Positions 1 to 12,500 of a stretch of DNA of 64,000 nt are shown here, one piece after another. Location: the NCBI GenBank assembly GCA_051362555.1, contig CM120640.1:13082001-13146000 (forward strand). The letters run 5' to 3'. Made by a program: the position numbers and the translations under genes. The notes below the pieces were generated by a model. It saw nothing but the letters and a program-made list of their open reading frames with translations, did no database searches and was not told the origin of the DNA. The DNA comes from Lingula anatina (lineage: Eukaryota; Animalia; Brachiopoda). Within the stretch, counting starts at the first letter, position 1. Each line of letters opens with the position of its first letter.

Positions 1-23
1 AAAGTGCAACTGCAGTCTTTTCA

Positions 24-560
24 TTAAGGTTTCATCTTAACCAGTGGTATATTCTTTGAAGTTAGACACTTATCACACACCCACTCAGCATATACCTCAT
101 GTGTTAACATTTGGTAGGCTGCCTCTGTTAGTCCTGTACATATACGATGAAACCAAAAGTTACATCCACTTTCACATAAAATTGCTTGGTCATTGTCATG
201 TACCTCTTTGTGGCAGATTCCACATGGATAAATAGGTGGCGCATTGGGGTTGGAAGGGTTGAACACCATTGGTTGATTTGGAGGGTACACTTTTTGTGCG
301 TTAGGACCACTTGGGTGCGGTCCACCAGGGTGAGGTCCCTGAGGACCATGAGGGGGTGGCATCTTATTCATCATGTTACGGTGCTGGATCTGTTGTTGAA
401 GTTGTTGCTGTTTTTGTTGCTGCTGCTGATGCTGTGATGATGTGATATTCAACTGTTGCTGCGGCGGAGGAGGGTCGTCAAAAGGGTTCCCTGCCACTAT
501 GGTTTCACCTCCTGGTAGAAGGGATGGGGGAACCAGATCTGGAAGGCTGTTTGGGCTTGG
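24..560 (-). CDS. pygo: Pygopus last coding exon (NPF motif, Q-rich linker, PHD finger, stop TAA)
   Basis: Acceptor ttttcag ends at 561 on the minus strand. 537 nt, phase 0, reads PSPNSLPDLVPPSLLPGGETIVAGNPFDD...PLVKMKP*. Confidence 0.95.
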   Translation of the reverse strand, partial: PSPNSLPDLVPPSLLPGGETIVAGNPFDDPPPPQQQLNITSSQHQQQQQKQQQLQQQIQHRNMMNKMPPPHGPQGPHPGGPHPSGPNAQKVYPPNQPMVFNPSNPNAPPIYPCGICHKEVHDNDQAILCESGCNFWFHRICTGLTEAAYQMLTHEVYAEWVCDKCLTSKNIPLVKMKP

Positions 561-3500
561 CTGAAAAAATAATAATAAAAATAATAATAATAATAAACAG
601 TTTCTAGAGAACTAAATTGTTTTGGTTGCAAAGTTACAGACTCTCAAGATACTACAGAGTTCACTTCGATGTTACAATGTTATTCGGAACGACTTCATAC
701 AGCATACTGGAAGAAATTACACAATCTTTCTTAAACATTTTTTCTTTAAATTTCATAAGATACAACCATTAATTTAGATGATTACATGAATGTCTGATAT
801 ATCCTGATGGAAACCATTAGTAAGATACTGCCACTCATTTTTGTTCAGAGATTGTGATAAGCATGACAGTATCTAAGAAATAGAAAATCAATAGGGATTT
901 TTTATTTTGTGAATGCAATACAACACGCCTAACTTGAACTGAAAAGGAACTCCAGAACCTGCATTTTTTAATCAATACAGTAAATAGCAATGTTTTTAAG
1001 AAAACATACACTGGTCTTGCACGTTGCTATCCCTCACAAAAGAACATTATTCTCCTAAGTGCAATGTGGTATTCTAAATATCATCTCATCTTCTGCCACA
1101 CCAGACTGTAATCCTTGAACTTTTCTCAATTGTAAGTGAAAAAGCCAAACTTGCACAATATATGAAACCATCAATTCTTTTCATGCAACTGTTGCAAATA
1201 AAAGTCAAAGCATCCCACCCTTTCATACAATACTGCAGAGGTTTTTGTGCCACAGTTAAACAACAAATCCCTTTGAAACTGTAGTTCAACAAAGACCTGA
1301 CACCAACATTTCAATCTCTTCAAACGGAAAAGTAGGTCGCATTTTTTCTTTCCCTTATTTTCAATCAATGACACGGTTGAGATGCTAGACACTTAGGCAG
1401 CTGGAATTCACTCTGGTGGTTTAACTGTACAGCTACCAATGGGAGTTGAAATTGGAGATTGACTTCAAATTCAATGAGACAAGAGGGCTTCCAGTCAGGG
1501 AACAAAGATCTCCATCTGGACAGATATAGGATAAAGCACAAACAGTCTGGAACCAAGGGCAATGAAGGACGCTGAAGACTCAATCAATACACACACATTC
1601 TTTACAATCTAGGGTGGGGCCCTTTTTGGGGAAAAGGGTAAAAAAATACTCATTATTTATTTACAATAAGGAGATATATATACAAAAAGATCTAATTTAA
1701 TTGTAAAATTCAAAGCAGTAAAAACGGAATTTCTCTATTTCACTCTCTTTTTTTGTATGATAAAAGTGAGCCATAGAAAGAGATGCCAGTGATTCAAAAG
1801 AAACAGAACCTCATAAAGGGATGAACAGGTATAAGCATCACCACATCCAAATGAGTAAAAATCAATAACAAGAAAATCAATAACATAAAACAATAAGATA
1901 ATAAACCAACAAACGAAAACATTCCTGCAAAACAGAATGCCCTTAAAAGTAACGGACAATCCAACAGCCAATTTGATTTGCCTCAAAGGATGTTAATAAA
2001 GACAACAAGCCAGAGGGGCAGAGAAGAGAGAAAAACTCACTTTATACTAGTTTCTAAACTCCTCTGACCTTAGGTCTAGGTGACATACACACCTAGTCTG
2101 TACCACAGAACAGTCTGTACCACTGTATGAGCACTTGAAAAACAGTCATTATTTATGCAAATAAACAATATCAATACTGGTCAATAAATGTGATGAAAAT
2201 GGATGCAGAGTAATTACACAGCTTAATTGGTTGTAATTTTGATGTATCAAAGACAGCAGTAATGGATTTAGTTTGTTGACATTTTTCTTAATCAATAGTC
2301 CCCAGGAAGAGTCAAAGATTTATTCTTTCCTAATTTTCCTTGTGGTCATCACTTTATAAGATAACATCACAAATTGCACTTTTGTTCTGAATCCAGTCTG
2401 GGCAATCCAACCTGTCTACTTCAGTCCAAACAAGTGACATACACTAAAATAGTAATATAAAATTTAAAATACTTATATTCCTGAATAGTTACTAAACTCT
2501 TCTCAAAAGTTTTGGCATCTAAAGATGTTACAAGAAATATCATGACAGTAATGACTTGATCTTATCAATGGGCAAAAGTGATCAAACTTTGGGATACATA
2601 ATTTTATAATCACAAAAATTATATTATTATAAAGCATATGTGGTATTTTTACTGCATAGAACAAAAGAGAAGGCTGCTTTTTAATTTTGTTGCTACCACT
2701 CAATAGGACTGTTTAATTTAAAGAAACTATGACTTAAAAAAATACAGTATCTGTAAAATTCACAATTTTCCCCCATCGAAAAGATTGAGTAATTACTGTA
2801 AGCTATGTTCAGTGGAAGCACATAAAGTCTTCATCCAAACATATTATTAGGATTGTATCCTATGATGGAGTTGTTGCATGCTGTTTATTCAAGTATAAAA
2901 GAATTTCTGTTATTTGTCATAAGCTGTCTGAAGCTAACGGTATTTCTCATTTTTTGGGTCAAATTCAATTTAATTGTGAGGCTGAATTCATCCCATTCAA
3001 TATACTAGAAGTTTTCTTCTTGACTTTAATCCCCAAACCCAGCAAGTTTGATCATTAATGGAATCCTGGCTCACACAAACATGCAGATGCGTTCACCAAA
3101 AGCTGACTAATGAAAAAAAAAAAAAAAAAAAAAAATCATTCTTTTGCTGAGATTTTTTTTTCTTTTTTCTTTAATGCTAAATCAAGAATTATGTTAGTGT
3201 TACCTCAGGGAAGTCTTGCCTGCTATACCAAGGTTCCCTCAAATTTTTATCACAGGGAGAAGGGAGGGAACAAACGGAAAAATGTCACTTTGAATCACTG
3301 TATTAAAAACTACAGGACACCTTTCATAAAAGTGCATAAACAGAAAACCTGCGTTTTGTCAATAACATCCCCATTAAAGGCTGTTCAATCATTTAAACTC
3401 AAACAATTTCAGCTTTTCCTGCCAACGAGTGTATTAATTAATTTGATTCATTATAACATGGCCATCCTTCCCCATTGGAATCTACCATTACCTGCACCAT

Positions 3501-6500
3501 CATCATGTTAGCCATCATCATGTTGTCTTCATAAATCTCTCTTTTCTTGATTAAAATATCAGGACATTAAAAAAATCAGCAAAACCTCTGGAAATTATCC
3601 ACTAGTGTATAGGCCTACAAATAAAGCCTATTTCCTCGCATTGATGGCTTTAATTTTCTGGCTTGGATGTTCAAGAATTTTGAAGAAGACTATAAAGAGT
3701 ACTCTGATGAGATTAACTGTCACGTTATTGGCTTCAGTTTTCTGACCTGGATGTTCGAGAAATATTAAGAAGCGGATACAGCATATTCTGATGAGATTAA
3801 CAATATGTATGATAAAGTCCGCTGATGTATCAATTAGAAGTTAAATATCCATGCGATTGGATCTTAATGCACTCTTGATCCAATAATCTTGCGTATCACA
3901 TTCAGATGTACGACTACACGTTCCTAGCCAGGAGGAAATTTGCTATCAGTCGGACCATTTGCTTAGATTATCAATAATCCCTGTAAACACAAATTCTACG
4001 ATACAGAACTTGGCTGGCCACTGGGTTAATATATATTTATGTATATATACTCCAGTGTAGAAGTGAACCTAATCTGCCAGTTCGTACCAGTCCACCATGT
4101 CCTTATTTCTTTCCGCAGGCAAAAGACTTGATAACTTGATAAATCATGAATCCTTTAGTAGGGAGTATGAACGTTTCTGAATTAATCCAAACATCCACTT
4201 GCTTTCCAAGTGTCTTGATTTGAGACCTTTGGTATTTTCCTGATGGTGCATGCACAGGTTTAAATTAAGTGATCAGTCAGAGCCCCTCCTCTCCTGTTGC
4301 TACCTGGACTAAGCTGTGTATTTGTAGGTATCCTCTTCCCCTCACCTATCCACAACTAACTCTGTCCAGAAATTCAGAATCTGGTCAAATTACACGGGCC
4401 AGGATGTGTTCCATTAAAACTACCACAATCACCTCCTCCCTATTCTTTGCACCCCATAGTTGATAGTGTTAATTGACCACACTGCTAAAAAGAAGCCAGC
4501 ATCTTATGAATCAAATCCTTCTTTCAAGGTGGTGCTTATTGTCCCTTTATAATGCAATTACGATGTGTGCCTCTTGTGAGTTCACATGTATTCAGGCCCT
4601 AAGCCCACTGAAAAATCCCTGCTAGCCCCTTCAGCAGTCAGTAAGCCAGCTCTCCATCAGTGTGTATACAGTTATCTCTCCTCCTAAGCCTCAAGATACA
4701 AGTGTCTCCTACCTACTACAACAAATTCTGTAGCAGACCCTGGTAGTGCTCAGGTGATAAGATCAGTAAACTTATTGCTGGTGTGATCAGGCTTGCTCTA
4801 CACCTATGTCATAAGGCCAGTCAGCAGATTACCCCAGGTAAAAGTAACCTGGGCTTGGATTTCTAAAGGTCCTGCAGATAAATAAACATCATTTGATATG
4901 TGCTCTATTGCCCGTTTTGTATCCCCGAGCATAGAACTTTCTAATGTGATAGACATGCATGTTACTGGCTCAAGTATTTTAATAACTGTAGCATAAGAAA
5001 GTGATCAATATAGACGAGTGACGGAGTAGGGTTTGGACAATAGAGGGTCTCAATAGGGTATTTACAGTCTGCGGTAGTGGAGACAGCCTGTTTGAATCGG
5101 GGCATCATGTGCATCATTTGCTCAGGTAAATGGAGGCCCATACACTGCCTCAGCTCACCTGAATGCCTTGTCTGCTTTTACACAGCTAATATTTTAACTT
5201 CATTTTCCAACATAGTAATCATAAGCAATGGCTTAATGCTAATTTTCCACACAAGTGAGGGTGACACAAAGGGCTTGAATGGGCTGTTTAGCACCACAAA
5301 TCGGGGTTTTATATTTTCCTTTCAAACCTCAATTGTCCAAACCTGTTTTTAAAATGCAATCTTGAGAACTTGTTTTATAACAAGGGTATTAGCTTAGTTA
5401 AACATGATATGCATGGGACATATAAAACACATACTTCCACCACTATTGAAGTGACTTAGAAGTGGAATTCCTTTATGTTGTTTTTGCAAAAGAGGCTGAT
5501 ACTGCGACTAACCAGCATACTCAAAAATAATGGGCACCCACTTCTGAGTTTTTTATAAGTGTTACTATGTCAATTTAAAAACCATTGGCATTGGGGCCTA
5601 TCATTAACCTTAATGCTTTACAAAAATGCTACTGTGAAATTGCGTGCCAAGTGGCATACACAAAGCAACTTATGTGCTTTAAATTTCTTCTCAATTTCTT
5701 CCCTTATTTTTTAAAGAATAACAATACAATTTATGTCCTGCTGTGTTAAAGAAATATATTTTGAAAGTATCAGGTGTCTTCTAAGTGTATCACCTTGTCA
5801 ATTCTTTTTTGCCCCTGCCTATGAATAGCATGAGTGGAGTTGTGGCCTCCTCCCATGGTGAAATCTTGATTCAAAGCAGCCACTTCATGCTACATCATTA
5901 TTAAGCCATCTATGATGATAATTTTTTTAAAAGATTTACACAATGCTCATCAAGGCGTGCGAGCCAATTGTTAATAACTCAGTGCATTTTCATTTCTTAT
6001 TATTTACCCCACATTGAAATTACAAAAAAAGATTCCTTTTTTTGCCTAATCCTTTGTCCTCAGAACAGTGGGAGGTTTTCACTGATTTGGTGTTTCGTAT
6101 CTGGTAGCACATCTATCTTGAAAGGTTCTATAAATTATTTACACTTTATTTAGTCAAGTGCCAGGTTTTTTGCTATTAGCAGCAAAGAATGATCAATATG
6201 CAGAGGTGTTCCAAATGCTTTCCCATCCAGATTCTGGGCCTTGTAGGCCGTAGTAGCAGTCAGGGAAAGTGCATGATGAATTTGCAACTAATGAGTTTGC
6301 CACAGGGGCTCGCAGACTGCCAATGTGTCCCCAAAGAGAGACATTGACATTCACAAGATCAGTGCACTGTTAAACAATAATCTTCTCAAATGCATGAGCA
6401 ACTGAGACCCTACAATGACTTCCCCACTGAAACCCCGGCAAAGAGATCAATATTAATAAACTTATGAACCCTCTCCTAAATCAGGATTCACTCCCAATAA

Positions 6501-9500
6501 AATGAGATATTTTTTTTCATTTTCTTTATGTTATCACAGGTCATAAAGGTAACACCAGGTTACCCATCTCATCTAGGTTCAATATAGGATTTTAGCTATT
6601 TTTACCAAATGCTAAAAATAATTTTAAAAAAGAAAAAACATTTGATTATTCACCACTGATTTTTTTTTTTAATATAAAAAATATGATGGTACAAAATTGA
6701 AGTAGACACTACGGCTAGCATAGATACAAGCTTTGAACATTAACGTTAAAAAATACAGATTCACTGGCTATTTGTAAAAATCGATAACTACAGAGATTTA
6801 AAAATTCCGTTTGAAAATTGCCAAAAATTTTCATCTGAACACCAGGAGAAACCTATCAAAAAATAAGTAAATGAATGTATACATTATGTAAGTTAAAGGG
6901 ATAATAACTCTTCATATGAGATCTATATTTCACAATAAAAACATTGTGAAGAACTCACAGAAATATAATATATTCTTTTTTACCACAAAAACGGCAGTTA
7001 TAGCTCTTATTCTGATATCCGAGCTTGTCTTTAGACCACGTGACCTCCATTGAAGGCTATACTCTGTTAAAATCTCTTAAGAGATTTTAACAAAAAACCA
7101 AACTTTTTAGAAAAAAACCAGGGACTAACTTTGAATGTAAAAATGGATTCATTAACCATTGGTAAGTATGGGAAAATTGTTGTTTACTCCAGGAAAATTC
7201 ATTTTTTGGCCGAAACGAAGAGTTATTATCCCTTTAAGCAGTTTCTTTAAGTGCATTAAAATTTTTCATTAAAAGCTTGTTCTCAAATACATATTCATTT
7301 CATCTTGCTATAAAGGGTAAATTGGTGAAAACTTCCGAAAGAATAATTTCTATATAACTGTCCATCTAAGCATTTCAGTATTGTTACAATACAGAACATC
7401 CTTAAAAATTCACAAAAGAATATACTTTGGTTTTACAGGGGTGAATTGTTTGGAAATACCTCCTAATCCTACAAGATGAGTTCTAACTTTTGAGAAAAAT
7501 AAATCAAGTTGCACTCTTGTTTGAAATTCATCTGTAACGATTAAAACTAAAACAGAAATATGAGTTCACTTTAAATACTAATTTTCAATGTATCTAAAGG
7601 TAAATATGAAGGAAAATGATTATGGTTTGACAGTTACAAATTATACCAATGTTTCAGATGGCAAGGACAAAAAGTCGATCAGACTATATACAGACACTTT
7701 AAGTACAGTATTAATACAGAACAAACTAGACCCTCAGCCTCTGTTTATCTTGATGGATCTGAACTCAACCAAAATATACAATATGACATCATAAATTCCC
7801 ACTCTAGCGGTTTAAACTATCTGTATCTCAAGAAATATTCAAGTCTTAGGGTTCCACACCTCACACTTCTTAAATATCTATTCAGTTTGACCAGCATTTA
7901 TTTAAGGTGTGTGGGATATGCTAGGTGGGATGCAATTTTCTTATCTCAACTGATGCAATCTCAAATGAATGCATCACAATTATCACAATTTCTGCAATTC
8001 TAAGCAGTATTACAATACAAATGTACAAGCTTTCTGTAAAATTGTAAGTTGATGTGTAACTCACTTCAACAAGTGCAATAATTGTCATGACTATTAAGAG
8101 GCAACAATATGGCTAAAAAGGAGTCCTAAAATGGAGAAAAACAATTTATAAGAGTAGACTCCATTCACCAGTAACTTTATTTTCTATCCTCAAAGTAGTG
8201 ATCTCTCAATCCCCCCCCCCACCCCACATACCCATACAACTATTTTCATTCAACCTTTCCTTATCAAAAAAGAGTGAAAGCTTTAAGCAGACAAAAATAA
8301 ACCAAATTAGACTGTGAAACTGGCAAATATAAGGACATTTAACAGAAAAAAAGTCCCTCTAAAATAGATAAGTAACTTTTGTAAAAACAATTTCGATCAC
8401 GCAGATTTTTTTTAAAGGAAGCATTTTTTTTCCAAACAGAGCCACAAAAATATGACTTGGAAGTTACAGAGTGAACAACACATGCTGTACAGCAGGCCAT
8501 AAATGCATAGTGTCTAGATATAAAAATATCTAAGCTACATGTAGATATTCTGTCAGCCTAGGTGGTATTTTGTTAAAAATATAATAAAATATATAGACAG
8601 GTATATTTAAACATTATATAATTAGTGTAGTACATATATATAAGAATAACATCACATAGCATGTGCATTCACTCGTCTTAAATTGATTCACAGATAGTGC
8701 AAAACTAATACCTTTCACATATGTTCAAACAGTAAACCATGCAAAGACTACAACAGGTGTATATGTTTCTATCCCTTTCAACTTCAGACTATTACTGTAA
8801 AAACTGATGAAAGAAAGGAGTGACACTCAAAATATATCTATTCTAGAACTCTTTTTATCATGAAAACAACAATATGTACCTGAGGGTTCGAATTGCTCCC
8901 TTGTCTATTAGTCACAGGACTGGATGGTCGACTGGATGAGCTGACTGTCTTCTTCTCACTGCTGATACTCTCTTGGTCACTGTCTATAGAATCTGAAGTA
9001 ATGGGAAGATAACACTGTCATCCAATGATATAATCATGTATCATTACACATCATAAATTATTATGTAAATGTACCCCAGTACCATGCAAGAACATAGACT
9101 GCCATTTTCTACAGTAATCATCCGACCTGTCACCAGGACAAATTGCTGGAGGTGGGAACTTCCTGAAGTATTTTGTTTAAGGTGTAAGCTTTCATTTCAT
9201 GAAATAATGTCTCTCTTATGGTCTATTATCTACTAAAGCCTGGAGCTGCTTTTCATTCTTTTGGTTTTAGACGTCATGATTAAAGGCTGGAGGAGAAATA
9301 ATGATATTTATCTATATAAAGGTGATAATCTTTATAATCTGAAAAATGTAAATCATGTACTGGGGTTTATCATCTGAATTTTAAACAGATACTGAAAAAT
9401 GATTTTGGACCTATTATGCATATCAACAATCTGATTGATACATGTATGCCATATGTGTGGGATATATCTTAACATAGCATACAAATATATTCTACCGCAT

Positions 9501-12500
9501 TAGGTGAACCAAACGGAAAATTTAATAATCTACCCTGGGTAATGATGTTTATCTATCAGTGATGAGAAGGGTCTAGGTCTTCCCAAAGAAGATCAGTTCA
9601 TATTGTTGCGATGATGTGCACTTTGAATCATCCCTATAACTGCTATGATAACATTTCTATTCTAGGGTTGAGACATATTGAAATGGCACACAGGAATGAT
9701 AACATTTCTATTCTACATGTAGGTCTGAGACATATTGAACAAGCACACTGGAAACGCTGTTACCAACAGTGAATAATAAACAAGATGTTGATTAAGCATT
9801 TAAAACTTCATTAAAAAAAGGGAATGGATTGAGTAACATTAACAACCAGCATGCTCCAGCCTCAGCCACATATATGAGGAGCTTTGGACTTTTTTTTTTT
9901 ACATACACGTATGATAGTTTAATCTTATATTGCATTGGTTTAATACACATTTTGTAGAAAAAAGTATAAGGCTTCAACTTGATGGTCCTAAGTTAAAAAC
10001 TACTCATATGCAAAAAGCCAGACGAAGAAAGAGAAGCAGAAGAATAAATCTAAGATTTACAGACTTGCTTGGTGCGCCATAGGCAAAAAGTGCTTTTAAG
10101 GGTATCTACTAGGTTTTTCACAAAATATACATTTTAATGGCTACATTAGGTATGTACAGTCTCCACATGTGTACTTTAATGAGTTTGGATTGAACTTCAT
10201 CTGAGTAATGAATTCCTGCTGCTAATGCTATTTGTATCCTAGGTTGAAATGTGTTTTAAAATACAATAAAAAGAGTGATTAACTCCCAACTTCCTCTGGA
10301 GCAGAACATCACCTCATTCACACCACCATGTAAACTATTTAGAAAACAAACAGGTTACTTCTTTTTTAATCCTGTGTTTATATATCTGCATGTTAGCAGC
10401 AATGTAAGAAAAATATCAATGATAGAATGCACAACCTGATTTTTCTCCCGTTTCCAGTTCCTGTGCCAGACTGTCCTCGCTCTCTTCAACCGACTCCATA
10501 TCTATTATCTTCCCTAGTAAAATATCACAGTTGCTGCTGTAATCACACAACCTCAATCTCTTTCAATTTTCAAAGCAAATTAGTTAGTTGATGCTGTGAT
10601 CATGTCTGCAGTGCCTCTATATCTTTTTTTTTCACAGCAAACTGTCTTACTTCAGTTCAGTTTTAATTTTTTATCAAGTGACGGGCCTCTATTAGTTTTC
10701 CCAGCAACATGGCACTGTACCCTGAAGCACTTATCCTTTTGTTCTCTCAGTTTGTTGTCAAATGACTGTCATGTTTCTAAACCCCACAAGGTAATGTGCC
10801 TCCTCCAGGTTATAAGGACAATCGGTGTTTCAGTGGCCTAAAAGTAATACAATTCTCTCCTTTTGATTTTCCTAGTAGCATGTCACAGAAGATTTGTCAC
10901 AGCTGTTGTTGACTTTTTTGTCTCTCTTACTAGTCATCAGTGCAGCAAATGGCCTAGTCACCAGCAATACTGCAGCCAAAAGAACTAGTCACTAGATAGA
11001 TCTGTCCAGCATATAAAAATACCACACCATGCACAGCTTTATCACTTCTTCTTTAAGTTTGTAAGGAAAAGTATGAAAAATCCCTTAAGCTGTTGCCTTC
11101 CTACTCCAGCTATAAAGTGGTGTGGAGTTAATCTTTTCACCTGTTATATTATATTTTTGTAGCAATGCAACAAAGTCAACCTCAATGCACAAGCAATGAA
11201 TTTACAGAGCCATTCTTTACCCTAAAAAGCACGGTCTGCCAACTGCCCCTCAGCATATATATATACATATATATAAATGCCAGAGTCCTAAATATCAAAA
11301 TGTTTCCTCTTTTCCAGCAGTGTGACACTAATTATTTTCAAAATCCAACACCATCCCTGTAGTAAAGTCCTCTGAGCTGTGCCAAAATTTCAATGTCCAA
11401 ACACAGCACACTCTGCCAAAGATCAACCAAATGTTCCATCTGGAGATAGATAACCTGTCACCATGTGATACTACGTAGATAGGACAGGGGAGAAAAATGA
11501 ACAGAAGGGAGATGACAGAGAGGTATGACAGGTCGACCAGAAGAGAGGGCAATCTGGTGCCCTAGTTTGCATATCACTGTATTGTCTATGCATGCAAATC
11601 CACAATCTACATGCAGGTCATGTGCCATAGACTTAATCAACAGAACTTAACACAATAATTCATCCAACACATGGTAGCCTACACAAGGATAGATATATGT
11701 TTTTTGCGCTTGCTTTGTATTACTGTGCACAACTGTTTCTCTTGTTAAAAAAAGAATTACTGCTTGTATGCTACTGTGATAGACAGTTCAGCTGCAGGCA
11801 AGTCTAGTAATGACATACCCTCATACTATGCTTGTGTTTCCATTTGATATATTACACATTTACACTCAGGCTGGGACTGTGCTGCTCATATTTTTGTATA
11901 AATGATATGGCTGAAATATTACAGACTATTCAAAGGATTATTTTAGATTAGGGGAATATTTCATATGTTTACACGACCCCTGACGTGTCTGGATATCATC
12001 ACCTTCACCTTGGCTGATGAACTGAACTAGTGTCAGAGAGGCATGGTCTCCTCATAGGGACACACCAAGAGTCCGGGTTAGACCTATGAAAGGAATAATA
12101 CAACATAGCAACATGCATAGAGTGTAATGTTCTAAAATTGGTATTTTGCAGTAATTGGTCACTTGATGTGAAAATAGTTGCGGGAACTGAACATGTGATT
12201 TAATGATGAAAATGCTATTCAAAGGTATTGGCAAAATAAGACACAAGTACTTTAAAGCAGATTTTAAAAATTCAACAAGAATTCGGAACTAACATTGTCT
12301 TGATGCTAAAACACACACAAAAAACCTTGATAACCATACCTCTAAACCATTTTTTAAATGAAATACAAAAGTCTATATCATCACAACAAAAGATTTCTCT
12401 GCAAATGACTGAATATCTTAATCTAACAATCTAAAAATCAAAGTACATACAACAGTTTGAAGCTGAAAAAAAAAAAAAAAAAACTCAATTTGCTAAAAAT

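Noticed and set aside
1086-1583. Minus-strand ORF fragments including ICNSCMKRI (zinc-finger-like)
   Set aside because: Short, in different frames, no compatible splice sites with pygo; at most an unidentifiable transposon relic.
2717-2973. Possible older TTAA-flanked MITE (similar hints at about 26383-26497 and 27286-27442)
   Set aside because: Terminal inverted matches are too short and mismatched to distinguish from chance in AT-rich DNA.
3110-3511. 133-aa ORF beginning MKKKKKKK
   Set aside because: Starts in a poly(A) run inside a pygo intron; no motifs or splice support.
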